64,000 nt of DNA from a virus (taxonomy: Duplodnaviria; Caudoviricetes). The stretch is from IMG/VR virus record IMGVR_UViG_3300020577_011595, positions 1 through 64,000 of that record. One strand, 5' to 3'. Below, in pieces: positions 36,721 through 46,600 of the stretch. The notes beneath the pieces were generated by a model. It was not told the DNA's origin. It did no database searches and was given only the letters and a program-made list of their open reading frames with translations. Position numbers and translations under genes: made by a program. Positions within the stretch are counted from its first letter, which is position 1. The number at the start of each line of letters is the position of its first letter.

Positions 36721-39000
36721 TCAGGCGGTGGTGCTGTAGGGCACCAGGTGCACGACGATCGGCACGAAGTTGATCGGGTTCACAGGCGCGACCTCGACCG
36801 AGGTCGGGAACACGTCGCCGATCTGGTCGACGCGAAGGCTCTTCGCCTTCCACGCGACGATGACCTCGTCGGCCACGAGCCGGTCCAGCTCGTCCGCCGC
36901 GATGCCCTTGATCTGGCCGGCCGAGTTGGCGAGCGCGCGGTCGCCGATCTTCTCGTCGATCGCCGTGCGCAGGCGGTAGACGCAGTGGTCGAGCGACTCG
37001 TTCGTCGACATCTCGGTGTAGGCCGCGATGCTCGACTGGAGGTGCGTCGTCACGGACCGCACCCAACGGATGCCGACCGTGTCCACCGACTCGGCGACCA
37101 TCGCGCCCGAATCGATGAGCAGGTCGATGTCGTCCTCGACCGACCAGCTCGAATCGTTGCGGATGTCGAGCACGTTGAGGAGCTTGCGGGTCAGGGGCTC
37201 GGCGATGACAGAGCCCGCCTGCATGCCGGCAGCGACAGCCGCGAGCATGTAGGGCGGATACCACGTCGCCTCCCCGGTCAGCGGGTCGAACCGCTCCATC
37301 TCTTGCGAGATCGCGCTGATGTGCCGCGAGTTGATCGCGCGGATCTCGGACCGGAAGGTCGAGAGGGTCGCGCCCGCCCCGCCCGAGGTGCCGATGCCCA
37401 CGTAGCCGTTCGCCTCGGAGCGGAGCCGCCCCGCGCGGGCGCGCAGGTGCGAGAGCAGCAGCGAGTGCACCGCAGGGTCGCGCGTGAGCGGGACGATGAT
37501 GTTCACGCGCCGCTTCTGGAGGAGCGTGAAGGCCTCCTGCCACTGCGTGATCGTGGTCGTGCCCTCGGTGCCCCCCGAGAGGAAGACGGGGCTCGCGGTG
37601 TTCGCAGGCACGCGGGTCGCGCCCGTGGCACGCTCGGCCGTCACGAACTGCGAGTTGTCGTTGATCGCCTCGATGAACCGCTGGAGGTCGCCCGTGAACT
37701 CCACCGCGACAGAGAGGATGGACGCCGCGGACAGGTAGTCCGCGTTCGCCATGAGGAACTCCGTCGAGTCGGTCGCGAGCGCCGTGGCCGTGAAGCCGTC
37801 GAGGCTGTTGAGCTTGTCGACGACCCGCTGCACCGTCGGGAACGTCGAGTGCGCCGTCCGCGCGGCGTTCGTCGACACGGTGATCGCCCGCGCGCCGGCG
37901 ACCTCGCCGAGCACCATCGCCGTGATGGAGCGGAAGGTGGAAGCGCCCGCGACGCCGCCGGAGCCCGCGGTCATGTCGAACCGCTCGAGGAGGACCGCGC
38001 CCGCCGTCGAGGTGCCCACCATGATGACGTCGACCGCGGCGTTCGTGTCGATGGCGACGGTCAGGGTCGTGTCGGCGACGGGCGTGTTCGTGGTCAGCAC
38101 GACGCCCCGCGTCAGCACGCCAGCCGCGAGGGTCGCGATGGTGTTGGGGGCCGTGTCGGAGACCGTCACGGTGCCCGCCGTCGCCGCGCTCTTCACGACA
38201 CCGAGGATCTTGGTCCAGTCGGTGCGCGTCGTGAGGACCGGGGTGGTGCCGGTCAGCGTCACAGTCTCGGTGCGGGGCGTGGTGCCCACGAGCCCGTAGA
38301 CCGTCACGGTCTGCGTCGTGTCGGCGACGCTCGAGGAGACCACGCGGACCGCCGACGGGAAGCCGGCCGGAGCGGTCGCGGTCATCTCGGTCGTCAGGCC
38401 CGCCTCGGCCTTCGTGGCGGCGCAGGTGAAGTGCGTGCTCGTGATCACGCCGGTGATCGCCGAGTAGCCCTCGGTGCCCGGCGTGTAGAGCACGTCGAAG
38501 ATGGGGTCGCCGCCGACGTCGTCGATCGTCTCGGTCGTGCCCTCGAAGATGATCGTGATGAGCTTGCCCTGCGTCGTGCCCGTGTCGACGTCGATGTTGA
38601 TCTGCTCGGTGAACTGGCCGTAGTCGACGCTGGTGAGATCGACCGAGGCGGCCGCGAGCGCGTCGGCGAGCTGCGCCGTCGACTGCTCGGCGGGGTTCAC
38701 CTTGATCGGGACGATCTTCGATGCGCCGCCGCCCACCGCCTCGTCGAGGCTCGGCTCGAAGCAGAAGAGCGCGGCCGTGCGGAGGTCTCCGCTGCGGTAC
38801 TGCGTCTGCGCGGTCTCCGGGCGCGTGAGGTCGTACTGCTCGTCGCACGTCAGGGGCACGCCACCCTCCGCCGTCCCGATGAGCGCGACGATGCCCACCG
38901 CCCCGGGGCTCGAGGCCTGGAGCGCCGAGGCATCGACCTTCGACACGGCCTGCGGCACGACGATGCGACGGCCGTTGAAGTAGATGGAGGTGGCTGCCAT
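36721..39000 (-). CDS. Tail sheath protein
   Basis: IYFNGR...VDASAL, ALIGTAEGG, FLSGGTEG, IRWVRSVTT. Confidence 0.92.
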   Translation of the reverse strand: MAATSIYFNGRRIVVPQAVSKVDASALQASSPGAVGIVALIGTAEGGVPLTCDEQYDLTRPETAQTQYRSGDLRTAALFCFEPSLDEAVGGGASKIVPIKVNPAEQSTAQLADALAAASVDLTSVDYGQFTEQINIDVDTGTTQGKLITIIFEGTTETIDDVGGDPIFDVLYTPGTEGYSAITGVITSTHFTCAATKAEAGLTTEMTATAPAGFPSAVRVVSSSVADTTQTVTVYGLVGTTPRTETVTLTGTTPVLTTRTDWTKILGVVKSAATAGTVTVSDTAPNTIATLAAGVLTRGVVLTTNTPVADTTLTVAIDTNAAVDVIMVGTSTAGAVLLERFDMTAGSGGVAGASTFRSITAMVLGEVAGARAITVSTNAARTAHSTFPTVQRVVDKLNSLDGFTATALATDSTEFLMANADYLSAASILSVAVEFTGDLQRFIEAINDNSQFVTAERATGATRVPANTASPVFLSGGTEGTTTITQWQEAFTLLQKRRVNIIVPLTRDPAVHSLLLSHLRARAGRLRSEANGYVGIGTSGGAGATLSTFRSEIRAINSRHISAISQEMERFDPLTGEATWYPPYMLAAVAAGMQAGSVIAEPLTRKLLNVLDIRNDSSWSVEDDIDLLIDSGAMVAESVDTVGIRWVRSVTTHLQSSIAAYTEMSTNESLDHCVYRLRTAIDEKIGDRALANSAGQIKGIAADELDRLVADEVIVAWKAKSLRVDQIGDVFPTSVEVAPVNPINFVPIVVHLVPYSTTA

Positions 39001-39038
39001 GGTGGGGGTCTCCTCGGAACGTGGGTCGGGTCAGCGGT

Positions 39039-39302
39039 TCAGCGCGGGGCCGCCTGGAACGCGGCCAGCTCGGCCGCCCAGGCGCTCTTGGTGAGCTTGC
39101 GGGTGGGCCGCTTGCTGCGCTCTGTGTGCAGGAACGCCTCGACGACGGGGTTCCGCTTCGCACCCGAGAAGGCGCGCTCGGCCGTGAGCAGTACGTCCTT
39201 GCTCGGCAGCTCGGTCTGCTCGGCGCGGGGAGACGACGCGGAAGTCTCGAGGACCGCGGGCATGTCGTCGTCGGCCTTGGCTCTATCCTTCTTCGTCGTC
39301 AT
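39039..39302 (-). CDS. Small hypothetical virion protein
   Basis: MTTKKDRAK...; directly upstream of the sheath. Confidence 0.6.
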   Translation of the reverse strand: MTTKKDRAKADDDMPAVLETSASSPRAEQTELPSKDVLLTAERAFSGAKRNPVVEAFLHTERSKRPTRKLTKSAWAAELAAFQAAPR

Positions 39303-40092
39303 CGCCAGCTCCAGGGGTGTAGGGTTCCACGCCACCGCGCAGGCCGTCCACTACGACATCCTCGCGGAACAGGCCAGTGACCCGCAGCTTGCGCCCGTCC
39401 CGGTAGGAGAGCACGCGGGGCACGGTCTCCATGACCTTGCACCGAACCGTCAGGACCCGGGCAAAGGCGTTCTCGGGGAGCACCATCTCCTCGGGGTTCA
39501 GCTCTCCGCCGCCGAACGAGGGCTCGATGAGCCCCGCGCCCGTGAGCGCCGCTCGAGCCCCGAAGAGGATCATCTTCGCCAGCCGGTAGAGGTAGGCGCA
39601 CTGGTCGGGGTGCCCGGAGAGGATGTAGATCGAGAGGACCTGGGAGAAGAGACCACCCTCGTACTCCTGGTCCTCGCCGCCCGGCGCCAGCTCGTCCTGA
39701 AGCGTCTCGCCGACGAACTGCCCCAGGGGCACCTCGGCCTCCTCGTCGGACGACAGGGCGATCGACATCGAGGGCCACGTCCCGCCCACGCGGGGGAACC
39801 CGAGGTGGACCTCGGGCGGGTTCCGAGCGTAGTCGGCGACGAACTGCGCGACCTCGCCGTCGGCGACGGATGGCCCGAAGAGGTGCGTGAAGAACCGGAG
39901 GCGCTCGCGCTCGTCGGTGCGCAGCCGCTCGATCTCGCCGCGGAGCACGGTCGCGATCAGCCGCTCGGGCATGCCGATCGACGTGCGGATCTCGGCGTAC
40001 TGCGGGCCGCGGAAGAACTGCTCGTTGAAGCGGCGGTCGTCCGCCTGCGCGGTCCCGCCGAAGTTGCGCGCGCCCCTCGCCTTCCGGTTCAC
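39283..40092 (-). CDS. Tail completion/neck protein
   Basis: HLGFPR..PSMSI.LSSDEE pattern; position in the neck cluster. Confidence 0.65.
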   Translation of the reverse strand: MNRKARGARNFGGTAQADDRRFNEQFFRGPQYAEIRTSIGMPERLIATVLRGEIERLRTDERERLRFFTHLFGPSVADGEVAQFVADYARNPPEVHLGFPRVGGTWPSMSIALSSDEEAEVPLGQFVGETLQDELAPGGEDQEYEGGLFSQVLSIYILSGHPDQCAYLYRLAKMILFGARAALTGAGLIEPSFGGGELNPEEMVLPENAFARVLTVRCKVMETVPRVLSYRDGRKLRVTGLFREDVVVDGLRGGVEPYTPGAGDDDEEG

Positions 40093-40892
40093 GACTTTGC
40101 TCCGGTGGCGTAGCCCGCCAGGTCGTGCGCGATCTTCTCCATCTTCGACTGCACCTTCTCGACGAGCCTACGCGCTCGGATTCCAGGGTGCACCCAATGC
40201 AGCCCCTCCGCCGAGGTGTGCTGCGAGATCGTGCGGAACGTCGTGTAGCCGGAGGTTTGATAGCGACCGGCGCGCGTGGGCTGCGCCTTGCGGACCATGC
40301 TCATGTAGATCGACGTCGCGTGCCACGGCTTCTGGAGGCTCGACAGGATGCCCCGCGCGTCCTGGCCCATCTTGAGCCCGAGGTGGAGCCGCTCGCCCCA
40401 CACGGTCGCGCGACCAGGCGCGCCGCCCATCGCTTCGCCGGGCCGGGAGATCGTGGGGGCGAGCTTCTTCGCCACGTCGTAGATCGGGCCGGGCATCGGG
40501 GTGCCGACGTTCCGCCCGCCCGTGCCGGGGACGCCGTGCCGGAACGGGACCACGTTGTAGGGGCCGTTCTTGCCCTGCTTGACGTTGGGGCCCTTGAGCA
40601 ACCACTGACGCAGGTCTCCGCCGGGCCAGCCCTGCTCGACCATGTTGGGGATCCGCCCCTCGAGCGCGATCTCGACCTTGTCGGCGCCGACGCCCATGGC
40701 CGGCGCCGTGATGCCCGCGATGTAGTCCCGCGCCGTGCTCTTCAGCTCGGCCTGCGCGAGCTGCTTCCACGTCGCGCTCGCGGCCGCGCCGATGCCCCGC
40801 AGGATGCGCTCGCGGTCCTTCGTCGAAGGCAGGGACGCGAGGATCTGCGCGCGGGCACGCGAGAGGTCGACCGTGATGAGGCGCTCCGTCAC
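40089..40892 (-). CDS. Neck/head-tail protein
   Basis: GTG in a GTGA overlap; PNMVEQG...DLRQWLLKG..VK.GKNG.YNVVPFRH...YTTFRTIS...WVHPG. Confidence 0.7.
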   Translation of the reverse strand: MTERLITVDLSRARAQILASLPSTKDRERILRGIGAAASATWKQLAQAELKSTARDYIAGITAPAMGVGADKVEIALEGRIPNMVEQGWPGGDLRQWLLKGPNVKQGKNGPYNVVPFRHGVPGTGGRNVGTPMPGPIYDVAKKLAPTISRPGEAMGGAPGRATVWGERLHLGLKMGQDARGILSSLQKPWHATSIYMSMVRKAQPTRAGRYQTSGYTTFRTISQHTSAEGLHWVHPGIRARRLVEKVQSKMEKIAHDLAGYATGAKS

Positions 40893-41809
40893 AGGGGCAC
40901 CTCGGGGCCGAACCCGGAGGGCCGCGCGAGCGGCTCGTCCATCGAGGGCAGCGCGTTCACGTCGGTCAGCCACATGAGCTGCGCCATCGCCTGCACGGGC
41001 AGCGCCGTCGCGCGCGCGGGGATGGCCTTGCGCCCCACCACGTCGTCACGCGTGACGTGCATCCAGCTCGCCACCAGATAGATGGGGTGGAAGTCGTAGT
41101 GGATGCTCAGGAGCCCGCCCGTGGGCACCTCGCGGTCGCCCGCCGCCGTCCACCGGAGCCAGCCCTCGCGCGTGATGCGGAAGTGCGTGCCCTCCTCGAG
41201 CGGCACGAGCGTGCGACGACGCTCGCAGCGGTAGAGCAGTTTCGCGACCGAGACGATGCGGAAGCGCGCGGAGTCGCAGTCGTCCGGCAGCGTCGAGCGG
41301 CGACCGCGGCGGTTCCCCTTCGTCAGCAGCTCGTTGAAGGCGATCACGGCGTCGAGCATCTCGATGCTGTCGCGGTATCCGAGACGGTGCTTCGCGGCGG
41401 CCGTGACCTGCACCGCGCCCTGCTGGTAGATGCCGAACTTCTCGTAGACGCTCGTTCTCTTGTCGAACTGCGACATGAGGCACTGCACGTGGAGCGGGTC
41501 GACGTAGAGGTAGCCCCCACCGTCGCACTGCTCGCACGCGAGCTTCGCCTGGCTGGTCTCGGGCGACTGGCAGGGGCAGAGCATCGCCTTGCGCCACGTG
41601 ACGTGCTTGCCGTGCTGGAGCAGGACACGCTGGAACTCCTCCACCCGGAAGTCCGCGCGGAACTTCGTCGTCGGCAGCCCCTCGACCGACGTGTCCCGGT
41701 CCTTCACGGTCGCAGGCACGTCGACGCCCCGCGACGGCAGGCCCACGGGCTTCGCCGGCTTGATCGGAGGCTTGGGCTCCGCGAGCTGCGTCTTGATCCT
41801 GTCGGTCAT
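40889..41809 (-). CDS. Head closure/neck protein with Cys motif
   Basis: ATG at 41809; WRKAMLCPC...CEQCDGGGYLY. Confidence 0.7.
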   Translation of the reverse strand: MTDRIKTQLAEPKPPIKPAKPVGLPSRGVDVPATVKDRDTSVEGLPTTKFRADFRVEEFQRVLLQHGKHVTWRKAMLCPCQSPETSQAKLACEQCDGGGYLYVDPLHVQCLMSQFDKRTSVYEKFGIYQQGAVQVTAAAKHRLGYRDSIEMLDAVIAFNELLTKGNRRGRRSTLPDDCDSARFRIVSVAKLLYRCERRRTLVPLEEGTHFRITREGWLRWTAAGDREVPTGGLLSIHYDFHPIYLVASWMHVTRDDVVGRKAIPARATALPVQAMAQLMWLTDVNALPSMDEPLARPSGFGPEVPL

Positions 41810-42900
41810 GCGGCCACGAAGCGGACGCCCTTGTAGTACCGGCGGAGAAGGGGGATCGCCTGCTTGATCTCCTTGAGGTACTGGATGATGCGTGCCCCGA
41901 AGCCGGCGTTGGTGGCCGAGGCGGTCGTGCCGATCGACTGCGAGAGACCGTCGAGCGACAGGGAGAGGTTCGCGATGCCGGCACCCGCGATGAGGTCGCC
42001 GAAGATGTTGAAGGGCCCGCACGCCGCGAGCTTGCCGATGATGTCGGCGATGTCCCTGGGGAGCTGGCCGCGACCGAAGCCCGCCGTGTACTCGACGTGG
42101 AAGAGTTGCGGCAGGTAGGCCATGCCCGAGTAGATGGCGGGGAGGTAGGAGCCGCCCTGGCCGATCACGAACTCGCTCAGCGTGCCCGCGGTCGGGACGA
42201 TCTGGAGCGTCCCCTTCACCTTGTCGAGTCGGATCCACTCCTCGGGGTACTCGACGATCGTCTGCCCGCTGGGGTACTGCACGCGGAAGGACTCGACCGA
42301 GATCACGGGGTAGTTGTCGAGCTGGAGCAGCGAGAACGCGTTGTAGTCCTCGCGGTAGTAGTCGTGCGCTTCGGTGAACGACGTGGGCAGGATGGGGATG
42401 TCCAGCTCGTGCTCGATCGCGCGGATCGCCGAGATGATGTAGTGCTGGAAGACGTCGTCCGTCATCGGCACGCCAGCGTCGTTCGTGATGTCGATGCCGA
42501 AGAAATACCGGGCCTTGAACTGCGCGACGGTGAGCAGCCCCAGCAGCGCGAGGCCCGCGCCTTCGATCTGCTCGCTCGGCTCGGTCAGCTCCGAGGTGCG
42601 GCTGTCGAGGTACCGCGTGCGGTAGAGGTAGTCGGGGCTCCCGTTGCGGTCGAGCACCGAGTAGGCGGTCCGGCCAGCCTCGAGCACGGGACGCTGCGCG
42701 GGCGCGGTGATCTCGGCCCACGTGAGGCCCTCGTCGGTGCTCCGCTCGAGGACGAGCCGGTCGTAGCCGTAGCGAACGACGTCCGCGATGGCCGCCTCGA
42801 AGACGGCCACGTCGATCACGGTCCCGCGCGCGCCCGCCGCGATGGCCGGAGCCGCCGCGTTCTCGACGGGGTCGATGAGCTGGTGTCGATCGTTCGCCAT
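41806..42900 (-). CDS. Head-tail adaptor protein
   Basis: YFFGIDI..DDVFQHYI..AI..IEHELDI; SLSLDGLSQSI.TT.SA. Confidence 0.7.
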   Translation of the reverse strand: MANDRHQLIDPVENAAAPAIAAGARGTVIDVAVFEAAIADVVRYGYDRLVLERSTDEGLTWAEITAPAQRPVLEAGRTAYSVLDRNGSPDYLYRTRYLDSRTSELTEPSEQIEGAGLALLGLLTVAQFKARYFFGIDITNDAGVPMTDDVFQHYIISAIRAIEHELDIPILPTSFTEAHDYYREDYNAFSLLQLDNYPVISVESFRVQYPSGQTIVEYPEEWIRLDKVKGTLQIVPTAGTLSEFVIGQGGSYLPAIYSGMAYLPQLFHVEYTAGFGRGQLPRDIADIIGKLAACGPFNIFGDLIAGAGIANLSLSLDGLSQSIGTTASATNAGFGARIIQYLKEIKQAIPLLRRYYKGVRFVAA

Positions 42901-42904
42901 GTCC

Positions 42905-43132
42905 TCACACCTTCACGGGCCGAAGACGGCCGGAAGAGCCTGGTCGCGCGAGGCCTGCGGTGATCGCCCGCGCCGTGCGCGACGCGGCGTCGAAGGCCGC
43001 ATCCGAGAGCCTGCGCTCCTCACGCAGCCTGCGGAGGAGCTGCGTCGGCTCGCCTTCGACCACGGCCTCCGGTTCCGTCTCGTCGTCGAAGGCCTCGGTC
43101 TCGTCGGAGAGCTTCTTGGTGGCGATGCTCAT
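42905..43132 (-). CDS. Hypothetical protein (75 aa)
   Basis: AGGAG RBS; coupled to the upstream gene. Confidence 0.55.
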   Translation of the reverse strand: MSIATKKLSDETEAFDDETEPEAVVEGEPTQLLRRLREERRLSDAAFDAASRTARAITAGLARPGSSGRLRPVKV

Positions 43133-43578
43133 GCTGGTCTCCTAAGCACGTCGCGGAGGGTGCCCATCGCCTCCGTGATCTTGCCAACCGCCTCACGAGT
43201 CGCCGCCATGTGATCCAGCGACTCCCGAAGGACCTCGCGGAGGTCCTCGTTCCGTCTCTCGTGCAACGCGTCGAACCGCTGCGCGTACCGCTGCGCCTCG
43301 ACTGCGAGCTGCTCGCGCATCGCCGTCAGCTCTCGCTCGTGCTCGGCGCGCATCGCCGCGCGAGCTTCGCGCTCCGCGATGACCGCCTTGGTCCGCTCTT
43401 CGCGCTCGAGGAGCAGCGCCTTGGTGTGGGCCACTCGCTCGGTCTCGATCGCGGTCGTGCGCTCGTGCAGCCGCACCCACAACTCGCGCACGATGATCCC
43501 GAGCCCCGCGTAGGTCGCGAGGATGACCACCACCGCCAGGCCGTGCCGTTCGAGGACGTCGCTCGCGAACTCCCACAA
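43129..43578 (-). CDS. Single-TM coiled-coil protein (holin/XhlA-like?)
   Basis: TTG start with a GGGAGG RBS; N-terminal TM followed by a long coiled coil. Confidence 0.55.
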   Translation of the reverse strand: MWEFASDVLERHGLAVVVILATYAGLGIIVRELWVRLHERTTAIETERVAHTKALLLEREERTKAVIAEREARAAMRAEHERELTAMREQLAVEAQRYAQRFDALHERRNEDLREVLRESLDHMAATREAVGKITEAMGTLRDVLRRPA

Positions 43579-43590
43579 GGGAACCTCCCA

Positions 43591-44118
43591 TCACGAGATC
43601 GTGTACGTGAACTCGACAGCCATCGAGAACGAAGCGGGGTTGTTGGCGAAGGCCAGCGTGAAGTAGAGGCGGGCGTTGGCCCCGCTCGGGATGACGAGCC
43701 CGTTCGCCATCAGCACGTCACCGGACGACGCGGGCAGCGTGTTGCCCACGCCCATCCCAGAGAGGCCGGCGAGGCTGGCGGTCGCGATCGGCAGGCTCAT
43801 GTCGATCTGGTTGTTCCCGTTGAGCGAGCCCGCTGTCACGTCGAGAAGCCCGCTCACCCGGACGGTGTTGCCGATGCGCATGTAGCTGAACGCCGCGTCG
43901 GCCGCGGCGCTCAGATCGCCAGGGGTGATCGCCGCGACCGCCGGGGAGTAGGTGCCCGAGACGACGGCCGCGAGGGCGTCGTCGGCGCTCGCCAGGGCCG
44001 CCTGCACGTCGGCCCCAGCGACGACCGCGAAGCCGGAGTCGTCGACGGAGACGTCCCCCGCGGCGCTCGCGCCACCGCCCTCGGCGCCGCCCGGGAGGAA
44101 GAATCTCGCCAACGTCAT
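43591..44118 (-). CDS. Small fibre/decoration-like protein
   Basis: FSYMRIGNTVRVSG...SLPIA pattern seen in fibre-tip domains. Confidence 0.55.
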   Translation of the reverse strand: MTLARFFLPGGAEGGGASAAGDVSVDDSGFAVVAGADVQAALASADDALAAVVSGTYSPAVAAITPGDLSAAADAAFSYMRIGNTVRVSGLLDVTAGSLNGNNQIDMSLPIATASLAGLSGMGVGNTLPASSGDVLMANGLVIPSGANARLYFTLAFANNPASFSMAVEFTYTIS

Positions 44119-44128
44119 CCTGCCCTCC

Positions 44129-44485
44129 TCACACGCGCGGGACGCGCGAGATCGGGGTGACGATCATCGTGCCCGTGCCCGCGGCCATGATGGCCGCGAT
44201 CTGGTCGTTGTGCCCCTTCCTGACGTTGATCTCGAACGCGGTGATCCCCCCGGTGCCGCCGAAGGGCGTCGAGGGGACAGCCGTGGTCGCCGTGGGGGGC
44301 ACCGTGGCCGAGTAGGGGCCCACGCGGACCCATGCTCGGTTCGCCCCCGTGTCGAGGAACTGCACGAGGTAGCGGCCCGGCCGGAGCTGCACGGTCCGGG
44401 CCACCGCAACCGTGAGCGCCACCGAGGCGGACGGCCCGAGATCCGCGCCGTAGAAGTCGAGACGATCGTCGCCGATGGCACCCAT
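44129..44485 (-). CDS. Hypothetical virion protein (118 aa)
   Basis: Beta-rich ORF in the head operon. Confidence 0.6.
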   Translation of the reverse strand: MGAIGDDRLDFYGADLGPSASVALTVAVARTVQLRPGRYLVQFLDTGANRAWVRVGPYSATVPPTATTAVPSTPFGGTGGITAFEINVRKGHNDQIAAIMAAGTGTMIVTPISRVPRV

Positions 44486-44488
44486 GGA

Positions 44489-45001
44489 TCAGTCCTCCTT
44501 GGCCTCTGCCGCCTCGAGCAGCTCGGCCTCGATCTTCTCCTTCAGCTCGGAGAGCTTCATCTCGGCGGTGAGGCCCTCGACACCGTGCAGCTCCGCGAAC
44601 GCGAGCGCGTCCGCCTTGCTGCGGAGCGCGACGATCTCCTCCTTGAGCGCCGAAGCCTCGTCGACGGTCTCGGCGACGGTCTCGGCGACGGTCTCGGCGA
44701 CCTTCTCGGCCTCGGGCGGGGCCGCAGGCGTGGGGGCGGCCCCGGGCGCGGCGGGCCGCAAGGGCGGCTTGGGAGCCGGCGCCGCGGCGGCGCCAGGCGT
44801 CGGGCCCGGTGCGGGGTCCTCGAGCGACGAGGCCTCGCGGAGCTGGCTCCACCCGGGCGTCGCGAGGAGGAAGTCGGCGTCCCGCTGCGGGATGTCGAAG
44901 ATGCCGCGTTCGTCACCCTGCACGATGACGCGGTCGCCGTCCTTGCTCGTGAAGCGGAGCGTGATGCTCGCGCCCGCGAGGTTCTTGTTCTGGATCTTCA
45001 T
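44489..45001 (-). CDS. Hypothetical protein following the capsid gene
   Basis: GAAGG RBS; Pro/Ala linker with VAET x3 and an acidic C-terminus. Confidence 0.7.
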   Translation of the reverse strand: MKIQNKNLAGASITLRFTSKDGDRVIVQGDERGIFDIPQRDADFLLATPGWSQLREASSLEDPAPGPTPGAAAAPAPKPPLRPAAPGAAPTPAAPPEAEKVAETVAETVAETVDEASALKEEIVALRSKADALAFAELHGVEGLTAEMKLSELKEKIEAELLEAAEAKED

Positions 45002-45022
45002 CGAAGCCTTCCCTTTCGTCCT

Positions 45023-45060
45023 GAAAGAGAACGGGCGAGGGAGCTTGCGCCCACTCGCCC
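45023..45060 (-). terminator. Terminator-like hairpin after the major capsid gene
   Basis: gggcgag...ctcgccc stem followed by GTTCTCTTTC on the minus strand. Confidence 0.5.
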
Positions 45061-45116
45061 GTCCACACCGCCGCGCTCGCGAAGGCGCTCGCTGAGCCGG
45101 CTACCTCACGTCAGCC

Positions 45117-46532
45117 TCAGACGCCCAGCGAACCCGCCGCGCGACCGATGTTCTTCACCACGACGTTCTTGGTCGGGGTGTAGCACTTGACGGCGCCGTA
45201 GATGACCTGCGTCCAGCGGATCGACGTGTCGACCGCCGCGAGGGGGATGCGGGTCATCGGGAGGAGCTGCGACCACGAGAAGCTGCGGCTGTTCTGCATG
45301 AGCACGAAGCCCTTGCTGGTGCCGGGGATGTCCTCGTTGACGTCGGTGATGACCTGCGTGGCGCCCGAGCGGGCCACGCGCGTCATCAGCTTCGCCGTGC
45401 TCGCCGCACCGCCGAGCGTCGAGCGGAACACCTCGTAGAACGTGGTGTCGGGGCCCGCGTCGGAGACCGTGAAGGTCACGGCGTCGCCCGCCGCAACGGC
45501 CACGCTGGCCGAGGTCACGGCCGCCGAGAGACCGCTCTTGTTGCCCGCCACCACCTTGTAGATGTAGGTGCCGGCGTCCGCCGTGCCGAACTGCGAGCTG
45601 GCGCTCGCACCGGCCGCCGGAGCGACCGTGATCGTCGGGGTGCCGGGGCGCTTGTCCGCGCGTCCGAGCGCAGCCGAGCGAGCCGCCTGGCCGGGCGTGA
45701 TGAACACGTGGTCGTGCAGGTTGATCTTGCCGTGCTGGCCCTGGAACGCGGTGATCGTCGTGCCGAGGGTGCCGGGCGCGGGGGCGTACGCGAACCGCTG
45801 GCGGTCGTACACCTGCTTCGCGAGGTCGGCGTAGGGGCCGGTCCCGAAGTAGGCGTCGGTGGCCTGCCCGTAGTTGTCGCGGATGGTGAGCAGCATGTCG
45901 TTGAGGGCGTCCTCGGTGAGCACGCCGCCACGCAGGTCGATCACGTTGTCCGGCGCGCCGTCCTCGACGAGCTTGTAGAGGCCGTCCCACTGCTCGGGGA
46001 TGAGCGTGGAGTCGCCGAAGAACAGGGCGTTCTCGAGGTTCCGCAGCAGCTCCATGGTCTTGTTCATCGTCTCGAGGGCGATGACGTTGCCGTGCGCCGC
46101 GCGGATCGTGTTCGCGACGTGCGTCACGCGACCCGTGATGCCCAGGAACTTGATCAGCACCGTGACGCGCTCGAAGGTGCTGTCCTGCTCGTCGGGCAGG
46201 CCGCCCTCGGAGAAGAACCCCTGGTTGAACGAGCGAGCGCCGCCCTCGCCGTAGGAGACGAGGCGGTTGAACTCCTCGACCGTGTTGCTCGCGGGCACCT
46301 TCGGGATGGACTTGAAGAGCTTGATCTCGTCCATCTCGTAGGTGAGGTTCTTGAGCGTCGCCTCCAGCGACTCGGTGCGGAGAGGGAAGCCCTCGCCCGC
46401 GGCCGTGCCGGGGTTGTTGACGTCGCTGCCTGCGCTGAGCGCCTTGTGCAGGTCGGCGATCTCCGTGGCCGAGGCTCCGATGCCTCCCGCGGCGCTCCCG
46501 TAGTCCTGCATCGAAACGAAGGGTCCGAGCAT
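45117..46532 (-). CDS. Major capsid protein (Twort/SPO1-like)
   Basis: ATG at 46532 with an AAAGGA RBS; LHKALSAG..LRTESLEATLKNLTY, VEEFNR, LP.A..D....W. Confidence 0.92.
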   Translation of the reverse strand: MLGPFVSMQDYGSAAGGIGASATEIADLHKALSAGSDVNNPGTAAGEGFPLRTESLEATLKNLTYEMDEIKLFKSIPKVPASNTVEEFNRLVSYGEGGARSFNQGFFSEGGLPDEQDSTFERVTVLIKFLGITGRVTHVANTIRAAHGNVIALETMNKTMELLRNLENALFFGDSTLIPEQWDGLYKLVEDGAPDNVIDLRGGVLTEDALNDMLLTIRDNYGQATDAYFGTGPYADLAKQVYDRQRFAYAPAPGTLGTTITAFQGQHGKINLHDHVFITPGQAARSAALGRADKRPGTPTITVAPAAGASASSQFGTADAGTYIYKVVAGNKSGLSAAVTSASVAVAAGDAVTFTVSDAGPDTTFYEVFRSTLGGAASTAKLMTRVARSGATQVITDVNEDIPGTSKGFVLMQNSRSFSWSQLLPMTRIPLAAVDTSIRWTQVIYGAVKCYTPTKNVVVKNIGRAAGSLGV

Positions 46533-46600
46533 GGTGCGTATCCTTTCTGGTGCCTGTTCCGTTCCGTGAGGATCGGGGTGAGTGCGTGGTGACGACGTGA

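Noticed and set aside
28861-39000. Stand-alone contractile injection system (eCIS/tailocin)
   Set aside because: Portal, protease, capsid and replication genes are present, so this is a phage.
44670-44705. 12-bp tandem repeat (VAET x3) and similar short repeats (DKDKDK, FEFEF)
   Set aside because: Ordinary low-complexity coding slippage.
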